Below are positions 25,679 through 45,388 of a stretch of DNA of 64,000 nt, piece after piece; within the stretch, counting starts at the first letter, position 1; the number at the start of each line of letters is the position of its first letter. The notes below the pieces were generated by a model that saw only the letters and a program-made list of their open reading frames with translations, was not told where the DNA came from and made no database searches. The translations under genes were made by a program, and so were the position numbers. Source of the stretch: the human T2T-CHM13v2.0 reference genome, Homo sapiens; assembly GCF_009914755.1 (NCBI RefSeq), contig NC_060936.1; one strand, 5' to 3'.

Positions 25679-26221
25679 GTAGGTTTCAATGCTATTATAA
25701 CTCTGAAAATATTTGTCTTCTCTGATTCCACTGTACAAATGAGCCTAAACATTGAATGGAAATATGTATTTCCAGCTATTTTTGTAAGAGCTTGGTGTAA
25801 TGAAATAGATTTTTAGAGAATGAAAACAAAACTGACAACAACAAAAGGCCACATGTTGAACCTCTAACTGGTCATAATTAGGAAGTCAGTGAAGAGCCTA
25901 ATACTAGTACCAGATCAACAACTGAAATGATGTACTCTGGATGGAATACCATGTACACATCTTACTATCTAGTTAAACTGCTCTAAGCTGGCACCAAACC
26001 TGTAGGAGTCTTTAAAAATGAGCTACAGGTACAATTTAGTACAAACTGGTTTTACCTGAACCATTGAGATTATGAAAGAGTAGCTAAGAGCCGCTGCTAT
26101 CTATTGGGCATCATCCAGCTTTTGGAAGTATCTGAGCTCATAGCTGTCATTATACCTACTGCTTGTACTTCCCTGGCTGTGCGTACAGAATAGTCAGGAG
26201 TTTGTTGTGTTTCCTCCAAAC

Positions 26222-26694
26222 CAGTGGTCCCCAACCTTTTTGGCACCAGGGACCAGTTTCCGGGAAGACAGTTTTTCCACAGACCAGGGCTTGGGGATAG
26301 TTTCAGGATGATTCAAGCATATTTATTGTGTACTTTATTTCTATTATTATTACATTGTAATACATAATGAAGTAATTACACAACTCACTGTAATGTAGGA
26401 TCAGTGGGAGCTCTGAACTTGTTTTCTTGCAACTAGATGGTCCCAACTGGGGGTGATGGGAGAAAGTGACGGCTCATCAGGCATTAGATTCTCATAAGGA
26501 GCGCGAAACCTAGATCCCTCACGTGCACCGTTCACAATAGGCCTTGTGCTCCTATGAGAATCTAATGGTGCTGCTGATCTGATAGGAGGCAGAGCTCAGG
26601 TAGTAAACAATGGGGAGTGGCTGTAAATACAGATGAAGTTTTGCTTGCTGCTCACCTCCTGCTGTGTGGCCTGGTTCCTAGCAGGCCACGGACC
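26222..26694. mobile_element. MER1A-like hAT-Charlie element, one end missing
   Basis: Terminal CAGTGGTCCCCAACCTTTTTGGCACCAGGGACC and internal GCATTAGATTCTCATAAGGAGC...CTCCTATGAGAATCTAATG inverted repeat. Confidence 0.85.
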
Positions 26695-27702
26695 CAGAGA
26701 TACCTGAATGTCTCTAGGCATTTCCTTCTAAACCATTTGAATAATCTCGTTTAACTTGGCTCTGCAGTATAACTGTGTAGATTTTATAATGCTTCCGGAT
26801 AGGCCAATCTTCCCTGTCCCCTAGTCAGACACACTTTAGTGAGCTACATGTTTTTACCCAAGTGCCTTGCACTTGGCTGTGAGGAGCAACCTCAGATTCT
26901 AGTCTCTGAACAAAGATACTCCCATTGTTCATAGGTAAGGAAGAAGAAAATGAATATAGGAAAACAGACATCTTTTTGTTTACACTTAGGTATAATTGTA
27001 CATATTGGCTGTAATTTGAAGGGAGGATCAGTGTAAATATCTAAATATTTATATTTCATAAAAATATATACTGATCACATAAAGTAAGAGGGAGTACTAT
27101 GTTTTTTAATAAATTTAGAAATTTCAAAATTTGCTGGACGCCAGATCTTTAGTTGGAAATATTTTTAAATGTAATGTTTATTCTCTATTTTGGGATTTGC
27201 CAGCTATCTTTCTGTTAATGATTTCTAGTTTAACCCCACTGTGGTCTGAGAACTAAGTATAACTTAAGAAGTTGGTAGATAATTTATAGTGAGCAATTTA
27301 TTCTTATCAAAGCAGCATTTGAATATAAGTGGGCATTATATGATTTTGAAAATCTGATGGCTTTTGCTTTTGAGAGGCTTAAGTCCTTTCTTTTTCTTCT
27401 GTTTTTGGTGAGGAAAACTTTCTCCTTAATTTTCAGCTCACTACAATAGGTAGAGCCAAAGTAAGTTTTAGGTTAAGATTTCTGAAGTATTGTAAATATT
27501 TTTTGAAGTTCATATTTGTTAAGCATACCTGTGTTCTTCCAGAAACATGGCAGAAAAAAGAAAGAACAAGAGTTTAGAAATATGAAGAAATCAGTCAGGA
27601 AATACAACAAATTTGAGTGGACATGGAAGACTAGAAAAGGGTATCTGCATATGCTGCCAATCATCAGTTCTGAAGGAATTGAATGTGTTTGTTTTATTTC
27701 AG

Positions 27703-27871
27703 GTGGATATGAGCCCCCACTTACAAATGTCTTCACGATGCAGTGGTTTCTGACTCTCTTTGCCACATGCCTCCCTAATCAGACCGTTTTAAAGATCTGG
27801 GATTCAGTCTTCTTTGAAGGTTCAGAAATCATCCTAAGGGTGTCGCTGGCTATCTGGGCAAAATTAGGAGA
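27703..27871 (+). CDS. TBC1D30: TBC1D30 exon 7
   Basis: tttatttcag|GT, GYEPPLTNVFTMQWFLTLFATCLPNQTVLKIWDSVFFEGSEIILRVSLAIWAKLG, AGA|gtaagt; 169 nt; WFLTLF and IWD are TBC C-lobe motifs. Confidence 0.97.
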
Positions 27872-28744
27872 GTAAGTGATTTCCACCTTCTGCTCTGTTC
27901 TGTGATGTTGAGGGCCTTAAGCAGTTTTTGTGCTCTAACGTGTAAAGCAATATTTAAGTGAAATGAGAAAGTTGTGAACTTTTAAAATTGCTTTAGCCTC
28001 CTGAAATCTCAGCAGGCTCATTGCTGGCACATACAGTCTATTTTGGAGAAGGGGGCAGACGCCTTTAGGCCTGTAGATTCTCCCACTCCTCCTCAAGTGC
28101 TTGTGTCCTGGCTGGTTCACTCTTTGTCAGCATCTCTTTGGACACTAGTTGGGAAGAGGGAAAGGAACTTAGGTGGCAGAGAAACTGAAAGATCTGGTTA
28201 GGAGTAGGTGAATTTGTTAGTTAATATCATAATTTGAATTATTGATGAATCTTTATTTTGTTCTGCCTTTCAGGGCTGTGATAAAATCAAATGAGATAAC
28301 AAGATATCTAGCCTGGTAGAACACATAGAACTTCTTTCCTTTCATTAAGAATTAATTCTCTGTTGGAATCTGTTACTGCCAAAACATATTACCAAATAGA
28401 TTTTGCTTATATTCTTTACTAGTAGCAGGGCTGAAAAAGATAGGGTATTTTTCATTCACCTTTGATATATTATGATTACTACATAAATGTTGTGCCTTTT
28501 GGGTAACGGAAGAAGCATTAGGATGAAACTTATAGTTAAGAAGCAGTGAAGTTTTTACCATTTCTCTTCTGGAGCTATAAATGACGAGTGGGTTCCCACA
28601 GACAACATGTCACAAAACTAGTAAATCACTGGCACTGTTTTGTTTCAAAAACCTTTTAACTAGCCTTTGTATTTATGGTAAGTTGTTTCCTGGGAGACTT
28701 CTGGCATTTTTAACAATTTTGCAAAGAAAGATCCACCAACTATC

Positions 28745-29059
<315 letters not shown>

Positions 29060-29509
29060 TCAGGGACTTAAAAAAATTATTATTGTGTGTATTTTTAAAC
29101 ATCACCTAGCTATCTCCTTTGCCTTGGTTTTATTGTACATTGCTTTTCAGCTGGGTAAATAAATTCATCTGTATGGGATTTGGTGTGCTATTTACTTATC
29201 TTTCATTACCCCCCAATAGCTACCTCTTGCTGCAGCCATGTATTTCCAACTTACTCTATACATTGTAAGCCCTTTGAGCTCTGATAGTTTCTTTGGGTGT
29301 GGTAGTCCAGTTGCTGCATAGCTGGTTTATAACATTAAAATAGTAAAGCACTTTACTGTATGATGAGTCAGTTATAATTGCCTTTGTGTTGGTTCTTCAT
29401 GAAGGAGCAGGAAGAAAAGAGGTTATCCTGGTTTTACTCCTCTCTATCCATTAATCTGTAGGATCAGAATTTATTCCTAAGATCATCCCAGGGATGTCAT
29501 ACTGTTGAA

Positions 29510-30140
29510 ATAATAATAGCTGCAACAAAAGCCAATATTCATTGAGTGCTTGCAATGAACAGGCGCTGTTCTAATTACTCTGCATGGATAAACTCATGTA
29601 TTCTTCATCATCCTATAAAGTACGCACTGTTGTCATCTCCATTTTATAGATGTGAGAATTGAGGCACACAGAAGTTCAGTTAATTGTCTAAAGTCACCTA
29701 ATTACTAAGTGGAATGGCCTGAATTTGAACCCAGGCATTCCTGGCTCTAGAGTCTGTGCTTTTAATAATGTGAATCTACTGATAATAAATGGCTGGTCTT
29801 TTTGAAGTTTAGGGGATATATGAATCAGAATGATAGAATTTTAACTCTTTCAGTTTTTGCTTATTATAATTCTATATGTTTTGAGCATGCAGCTTGTTAA
29901 GGGAAAGGAAAGGCAATTGACATACATCATAAGTGCCTGCAGTGCCTGCCATTGTGTTAGGCAGTTTAAACACATCATCTCATTCAGTTCTCCCAATAAC
30001 CCTGTGGAGTAGATAGGGTTATTCTCCCTGTCTTTTCAGTAAGAAAATTTCCCCAGGAAGGTTAATTAGCTAGTTCATAGTCACACAGCCAGTGAATAGC
30101 AGAACTGGGACTTCAATATGGAACTTTCTGATTCTAGTGC
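29510..30140 (-). mobile_element. Two MIR elements (further MIRs at ~955-1060, 2460-2590, 6280-6450, 49740-49890, 60680-60900)
   Basis: CCATTTTATAGATG.GA.AATTGAGGC...TTTGAACCCAGGC core. Confidence 0.75.
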
Positions 30141-31071
30141 CTGTAATCTTCCCCACAAACTTCCTGTTGGAAAAACCATAAAAGCATATAGGTAATCTCC
30201 AGTTTATGTACACCTGAGTAACATGTGCCTTATATATGGTGATCCAGGACCTCTCCTTTCACCTGACTTCTGCAACTTGGAATTTCTACCTTTCGCTCAC
30301 CCCAAGGGTACTTGGGAATATGTAAATTGTAGACCATCAGCACGCCATCACTAGCATCTCTTTATGTGTCCTTTCTCCTCTGCCCCTGCTGTTTTGGTTT
30401 CCTCCCTTGTCACCCCATGCCTGGCCCACTGTGGTGTGTCCTCCTTGGTTTCCTCATGGTAATCCACACTTGCCATGCCACCTCCAGGCAGACCTTGCCA
30501 AGGGCACAGCTGTTCCCTCACTCCCTATTAAAGCCTTTTCGTGACTCATGCTCTGTAGAGGCTCAGCTGGCAGGTGAGGCCTTTGCTCTCTGCTCTCAGT
30601 AGCTCTCTTCCCTCAGCTCTCACTGGCTTCCTCTGGTCCTGCAACCACTACCCCAGTGCTGGTCTCGCTGGTTGTGCGGAGCTACTTGCAGTTCCCCAGA
30701 TAAGGCCTGCTGTCTCCTGCATCTGTGTCTTTGGGATGTTTTTTCTTCCTTGTCAGCCTGAAAAACACTTTTCAAAACTCATCTCAAGCATTATTTCTCT
30801 TCCTTACCTCCCAGGGTAAACTTAAGTACCTTTCATTCATGTCCACAGGCTGCTCTGCTCTTTTATAGTAATATTTCAGCAGTTTGTTCCATTCATTTAT
30901 TTACATTTGTGGCAATGGGATTAGAACAACACTCCAGAACCTATGGTTTTTCCATAATCATATTATTTTGGATGGCTTTACAGAAATCCCCCAATATTAG
31001 TATGTATCAAAGTGTAGGTCTTCTGGTTGGTGGGAAACTAGAGTTATCCTACAATACAAACAACGTTGTCA

Positions 31072-31403
<332 letters not shown>

Positions 31404-32033
31404 AAAATGGAAATACCTGGTACTCTTTGTTTTGGGCTCTTCTGTTTTCCCCTTTGTAGAAGAAAGATTGAAGTCCAACCTGGCTCACAGGTAGCCAAGT
31501 GAGTGTCAGATTCTTTATTTACATGTAGAACTGAATGCAAGAAGAGGTGTAATCTCCAACTAGCAGCAGCACCCTGAGAAGAACTCAGAAAATTCTGCCT
31601 GTGAAAACACCCCATGGACTGATGAAATATGCAGATACAGTTCTTGTAATTGTCATCTTTTATTCCTACTGTGGTTTGGTTTTAAATCTATTATATTAAT
31701 GATATCACTGTTTGCAGATTAAGACCAACAGAGTCCCTTAAAGGAGATAATTGTTTTTTAGTACCCAATTTCATGGTTATGCTTTCTAACGAGTGGTGGG
31801 AATTCTGATGTGTAGATTGTGTCCCATGGAAGCAATAAAGATGCCACAGGTGGGACTGTGAGGCGAGGAGTGCCAAGTAGGAATGACAGGACTTACCCAA
31901 AACGAGTACCTCAAAGTTGCTTTTGGTATTTTTAAATGTTTCATCCACAGTGGGCTTTACAAATATCAGGATTTTGATATTTGTTGATTGATAACCTGAG
32001 TTATTTGATGGCAAAAGGCAACTGCCCCCTGCC

Positions 32034-32307
32034 CTTTTTTGAGACAGGGTCTCACTGTGTTATCCAGGCTGGATTGCAGTGGTGCTATCATGGTTTACTG
32101 CAGACTTAGCCTCCCAGGCTCAGGTGATCCTCCTGCTTTAGCCTCCTGAGTAGCTAGGACCACAGGTGTGCGCCACGATACCCAGCTGATTTTTAAAATT
32201 ATTTGGAGAGATGGGGTCTTGCTGCATTGAGGCTCCTGGCCTCAAGCAATCCTCCCGCCCCAGCCTCCCAGAGTGCTGGGATTATAGGCATGAGCCACCA
32301 TGCCCAG
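32034..32307 (-). mobile_element. AluJ ending ~90 nt upstream of exon 8
   Basis: Alu consensus with a short left-arm deletion. Confidence 0.9.
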
Positions 32308-32394
32308 TCCAACATATCTTATACCTGCAGCATGTACTGTTACACAGCATGGATGCCCTAAACAAGTTGTATTTTCTGTCCTTTCTTTATCTAG

Positions 32395-32500
32395 GCAGAT
32401 AGAATGTTGTGAAACAGCAGATGAATTCTACAGCACCATGGGGCGCCTTACCCAGGAGATGCTAGAGAATGATCTTCTGCAAAGCCATGAACTCATGCAG
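32395..32500 (+). CDS. TBC1D30: TBC1D30 exon 8
   Basis: ctttatctag|[39 protein letters not shown]|gtgagt; 106 nt. Confidence 0.95.
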
Positions 32501-32810
32501 GTGAGTCGGCAACATGGAGCAGCTTGGCTCGGGGAACCCCGGGCACGGTGGGAACAACCAGTGCCAGAGCAGCGGTCTTGAGAAATGTGCTTGGTTAGCT
32601 GTCAGACTTAGTTTCTCAAATTGACCAAGAGTCTGTTTATAATTTGATAAGAATCTATGTCATAGAAGGAAGGAAGAAATGAATGATGGATATTTGTTGT
32701 AGCTTTCTGTCAGACTGTGTTGCTTAGAAGTCATTAGCAGCAATATAAACTGGAAAAATACACTGGAAAAACAAAATCACCAAGTGCTTATTCTGAATTT
32801 TATTCTTAGT

Positions 32811-33108
32811 CTTTCTTTTCTTTTTTGAGACTGTCTCATTCTGTCACCCTGGCTGGAGTGCAGTGGCACAATCGTTGCTCACTGTAGCCTCTGTCTCCTG
32901 GGCTTAAGTGATCCTGCCACCTCAGGCTCCTGAGTAACTGGGACTACAGGCGTATGCCACCATACAGCTAATTTTTTATTTTTATTTTTGTATAGATGGA
33001 GTCTTGTTATGTTGCCTAGGCTAGTCTTGAACTCCTAGACTCAAGTGATCCTCCCACTGCGGCCTTCCTAAGTGCTGGGATTATAGGCATGAACCACTGT
33101 GCCCAGCC
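32811..33108 (-). mobile_element. AluJ
   Basis: Dimeric Alu consensus. Confidence 0.92.
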
Positions 33109-34389
33109 TACTTAGACTTGTGGGGGGAAACACTTATTGTGGGGAATAAATTATTGAGGATAAAAAAGATTATTCTCATCAGCATTTTGATTCATTTGTT
33201 TTGCCCACACTTTCAACTCAGGTAATTATATATTAATCATAAATTTTAAAGTGAAAGACTTGAAGGGTTTAGTTATTTTTTATGGCATGTTACTGTACGT
33301 CAATATCATATTCATCAAGTCTTTGAAATTGACAGCAAGTATAGAAAAAATAGCTGTCTTATTAACACTCACTCTTCCATTAGATTCTTTTTTTAATTTC
33401 TAATTTTTGTGGGCACGTAGTAGGTGCATATATTTATGGGGTACATGAGACACTTTGATACAGGCATGCAATGCATAATAATCATATCAGGGTAAATGGG
33501 GTATTCCTCCCCAAATGTTTATCCTTTGTGTTACAGACAATCCAATTATACTTTTAAATTTATTTCTAAATGTACAATTAAATTACTATTGACTATAGTC
33601 ACCCTGTTGTGCTATCAAATACTAGGTCTTATTCATTCTTTCTAACTACTTTTTGTACCCACTAACTATCTCTTCTTCCCTATCAACTACTCTTCCCAGC
33701 CTCTGGAAACCATCCTTCTACTGTCTATCTCTATCAGTTCAATTGTTTTAATTTTCAGCTCCCACAATTAAGTGAGAACATTCAAAGTTTGTCTTTCCAT
33801 GCCTGGCTTATTTCACTTAATATAATGACCTCCATTTCCATCCACAAATAAGCTCCCACAAATAAGTGAGAACATTCAAAGTTTGTCTTTCCGTGCCTGG
33901 CTTATTTCACTTAACGTAATGACCTCCATTTCCATCCATGTTGTTGCAAATGACAGAATCTCATTCTTCTTTTTATGGCTGAATAGTACTCCATATTGTA
34001 TATATACCACATTTTCTTTATCCGTTCATTGGTTGATGGATACTTAGGTTGCTTCCAATTCTTGGCTATTGTGAACAGTGCTGCGAGAAACATGGGAGTG
34101 CAGATACTGTTTTGATATACTGATTTCCTTTCTTTTGGGCTTGTACCCAGCAGGGAATTTTTGGATCATATGGTAGCTCTAATTTTAGTTTTTTTTGAGG
34201 AACCTCCAACCTGTTTTCCATAGTGGTTGTACTAATTTACATTCCCACCAACAGTGTACAAGGGTTCCCTTTTCTCCACATCCTTGCCAGCATTTGTTAC
34301 TGCCTGTCTTGATTAAAAGCCATTTTAACTGGGTGAGATAATATTTCATTGTCATTTTGATTTGCATTTTTCTGATGATCAGTGATTTT

Positions 34390-34977
<588 letters not shown>

Positions 34978-37290
34978 TTGAGCACCTTTTCATAAGCCTG
35001 TTCGTCATTTGTATATCTTCTTTTGAGAAATGGCTATTCAGATCTTTTGCCCATTTTTAATCGAATTATAAGATTATAAGAGTTATTTGAGCTACTTGAA
35101 TATTCTGGTTATTAATCCCTTTTCAGATGAGTAGTTTGCAAATATTTTCTCCCACTCTTTGAGTTGTCTCTTTATGTTGTTGATTGTTTTCTTTGCTGTG
35201 CAGGAGCTTTTTAACTTTATATGATCCCATTTGTCCATTTTGCTTTGGGTGTCTGTGCTCATGGGGTATTACTCAAGAAATTTTTGCCCACTCCAATGTT
35301 TTGTAGAGTTTTTCCAATGTTTTATTGTATTAGTTTCATAGTTTGAGGTCTTAGATTTGAGTTTTTAATCCATTTTGATTGATTTTTGTATATGGCAAGA
35401 GATAGGGGTCTAGTTTTGTTCTTCTGTGTATGGATGTCTAGTTTTCCTAGCACTATTTATTGAAGAGATTGTCTTTTCCCCAATGTGTGTTCTTGGCACC
35501 TTTGCCGATAATGAGTTCACTGTAGATATGTGGATTTGTTTCTGGGTTCTCTGTTCTGTTCCATAGGTCTATGTGTCTGTTTTTATGCCATGCTGTTTGG
35601 GTTACTATAATAGTAGTATAATTTGAAGTCAAATAATGTGATTCCTCCAGTTTTGTTCTTTTTGCTCGGAATAGCTTTGACTGTTCTGGGTCTTCTGTGG
35701 TTCCATATAAATGTTAGGATTACTTTTCTATTTCTGTAAAGAATGTCATTGGTATTTTGATAGAGATTGTATCAAATCTGTAGATTGCCTTAGGTAGTAT
35801 GGACATTTTAACAATATTGATTCTTGCAATCCATGAACATGTTGTATCTTCCCATTTTTTTGTGTCCTCTTCAATTTCTTTCATTAATGTTTTATGGTTG
35901 TCATTGTAGAGCTCTTTCATTTCTTTGGTTAACTTAATTCCTAGGTAGTTAATTTTATTTGTTGCTATTATAAATGGGATTTTAAAATTTCTTTTTCAGA
36001 TTGTTCACTGTTTGCATATAGAGATGCTAGTGATTTTTCTTTACTGGGAGATTTTTTATTATGGCTTCAGTCTTGTTACTTGTTATTGGTGTGTTCAGGT
36101 TTTGGATTCCTTCATTTTTCAATCTTGGTAGGTTGTATGTGTCTAGGAATTTATCCATTTTCTCTAGATTTTCTGATTTATTGGTATACAGTTGCTCATA
36201 GCAGTCACTAATGATCCTTTGATTTTCTGTGGTATCAGTTGTAATGTCTCCTTTTTCATCTCTGAGTTTGTTTATTTGGATCTTCTCTCTTTTTTTCTTA
36301 GTCTGGCTACAGGTGTTTCAGTTTTATATATCTTTTCAAAAAAACCAACTTTTCATTTCTTTAATCTTTTGTATGGTTTTTTCATTCAATTTCATTTATT
36401 TCTGCTCTGATCTTTATTGTTTCTTCTACTAATTTTGGGTTGGGTTTGCTCTTGTTTTTCTAGTGCTTTAATATATGTCATTACATTATTTATTTGACGT
36501 TTTTCTTGTTTTTTGATGTAGGCACTTATAGCTATAAATTTCCCTCTTAGTACTGCTTTCACTGTGACCCCATAGGTTTTAGTATGTTGTATTTTTATTA
36601 TTATTAGTTTCAAGAACATTTTCAGTTTCCTTTTTAGTTTCTTCATTGACCCACTGGTCACTCAAGAGCATATTGTTTAATTTGTATGTGTTCGTATAGT
36701 TTGCAAAATTCCTCTTGTTATTGATTTGTAGTTTTATTCCATTGTGGTCAGAGAAGATACTTGATACTGTTTCAATTTTTTGAATATTTTAAGACTTGTT
36801 TTGTGACCTAACATATGATCTATCCTTGAGAACGATCCATATGCTGAAGAGAAAAATGTGTATTCTACAGGTGTTGGATGAAATGTTCTGTAAATATCTA
36901 CTAGGTCCATTTGTTCTATAGTACAGATTAAATTTGATGATTTTTTTTGTTGATTTTGTGTCTGGGTGATCTGTCCAATGCCGAAAGTAGGGTATTGAAA
37001 TCTCTAGCCGTCACTGTGCTTGGGTCTATCTCTCTCTTTAGCTCTAATAATATTTACTTTATTATATCTGGGTGCTCCAGTGTTGGGTGCATATATATTT
37101 ATAATCATTATATCCTCTTGCTGAATTGACCCCTTTATCATTACATAATGACCTTCTTTGTCTCTTCTTAATTTTTGTCTTGAAATCTATTTTTTCTGAT
37201 GGAAGTATAGCTACTCCTGCTCCTTTTTTGCTTTCCATTGGCATGGAATAACTTTTTCCATCCCTTCATTTTCAGTCTATGTGTATCTTT

Positions 37291-42970
<5,680 letters not shown>

Positions 42971-43496
42971 AGTCTATATGTATCTTTACAGGTGAAGTGT
43001 GTTTCTTGTAGGAAACGGATCATTGGGTCCTATTTTTTCATCCATTCAGCCACTCTGTGTCTTTTGATTGGAGAATTTAGTGGATTTACATTCAGTGTTA
43101 TTGATAAGTAAAGCCTTACCCCTGCCATTTTGTTATTTGTTTTCTGGTGGTTTTGTGGGCTTCTCTTTCTTCTTTCCTTCGTTTCTGTCTTCCTTTTTTG
43201 TGAAGGTGATTTTTCTCTGGTGGTGTGCTTTAATTTCTTGCTTTTTATTTTTTGTGTATTGTATGTTTTTTGATTTGAGGTTACCACGACACTGGCACAT
43301 ACTATCTTAAACCTATTATTTTAAACTGATGGCAACGTAACACTGGTTGCATAAGTAAACATGCAAAAAGAAAACTAATAAAAACTCCATACTTTAACTT
43401 TGTCCCTCTGCTTTTTAACTCCTTGTTGTTTCTCTTTATGTACTGTCTATGTCTTAAAAAGTTGTTCTAGTTATTATTTATTGGTTCAGCATTTAG

Positions 43497-43810
<314 letters not shown>

Positions 43811-44965
43811 CATTTAGTCTTTCTACTTAGGTCAAGAGGAGTTAATATACCACAATTACAGTGTTATCCTAAATTTGTGTTTTTCTGTGTGCTTACTATT
43901 ACCAGTGAGTTTTTTACCCTCACATGCTTTCTTCTTGCTCATTAACATCCTTTTCTTTCAGATTGAAGAACTCTCTTTAGCATTTCTTATAGGACAGGTC
44001 TAGTGTTGATGAAATCCCTCAGCTTTTGTTTGTCTAGGAAGGTCTTTATTCTTCCTTTATGCTTAAAGATATTTTAGCTGGATATACTTACTATGCTAGG
44101 GTAGAAGTTTTTTTTTCTTTTGGCAGTTTGAATATGTCATGCCACTCTCTCCTGGTTATGCCACTCTCTCCTGGCCTGTAAGATTTCCACTGAGAAGTCT
44201 GTTGCAAGACATATTGGAGCTCCATTGTATGTTACTCATTTTTTTTTTCTTGCTACTTTTAGGATCATTTCTTTACCCTTGACCTTTGAGAGTTTGATTG
44301 TAAAACGCCTTGAGGGAGTCTTCTTTGGGTTAAATCTGTTGGTGTTCTATAACCTTCTTGTACTTGACTGTTGATGTACTTCTCTTGGTTTGGGAAGTTC
44401 TTTGATATTATCTCTTTGAATAAGTTTCCTATCCCTATCTCTTTCTCTAACTCCACTTTAAGGCCAATAACTGTTAGATTTGCCCTTTTGAGGCTATTTG
44501 CTAGATTCCATAGGCATACTTCATTATTTTTTATTCTTTTTTCTTTTATCTCCTCTGTGTATTTTCATATAGCCTGTCTTCAAGCTCACTAATTATTCTA
44601 CTTGATCAATTCTGCTATTAAGAGACTCTGATGCATTGTTCAGCGTGTCGATTGCATTTTTCAAGTCCATAATTTCTGCTTAACTATTTCACTCTTTTTG
44701 TTAAATTTTTATGATAGAATTCTGAATTCCTTCTCTGTGTTATCTTGAATTTCTTTTGAATTCTCTGTCTAAAAGGTCATATATCTCTGTTACTCCAGGA
44801 TTGGTCCCTGGTGCTTTATTTAGTTCATTTGGTGAGGTCATGTTTTCCTGGATGGTGTTGATGCTTGTAGATGTTCTCTTGTGTCTGGACATTGAAGAGT
44901 TAGGTATTATAGTCTTCACAATCTGAGCTTGTTTGTGCCTATCCTTCTTGGGAAGGCTTTCCAGG

Positions 44966-45388
44966 TGTTAGGACATTCTTGCATTGCTACAAAGAAATAC
45001 TTGAGACTGGATAATTTATAAAGAAAAGAAATTTAATTGGTTCATGCAGGCTGTATAAGCAGCATGACCCTGGCATCTGCTTGGCTTCTGTGGAGGCCCA
45101 GGGAGCTTTTAATCATGGCAAGGTAAAGAGGGAACAGACATGTCACATAGCCAGAGCAGGAGGAAGAGAGAGTTAGATGGGGGGGGTGGGGGCGGTGCCA
45201 CACACTTTTAAACAACCAGATCTTATGTGAACTCAGAGCAAGAGCTCACTTATCACCAAGGGAATGGCTCAAGCCATTCATGAGGGATCTGCCTTCATGA
45301 TCCAAACACCTCCCACCAGGCCCCACCTCCAACATTGGAGATTACAATTCAACATGAGATTTGGGTGAGAAAAATATCCAAATTATCA
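44966..45388 (-). mobile_element. MaLR solo LTR (MSTA/MSTB-like) inserted in the old L1
   Basis: TG...CA ends, MST-type sequence (GCTACAAAGAAATACTTGAGACTGG...CATGAGATTTGGG), perfect 5-bp TSD CCAGG (44961-65, 45389-93). Confidence 0.85.

Noticed and set aside
27516-27702. Lysine-rich 5' extension of the ORF containing exon 7
   Set aside because: Open frame running through AT-rich intron; a clear acceptor at 27702 defines the exon.
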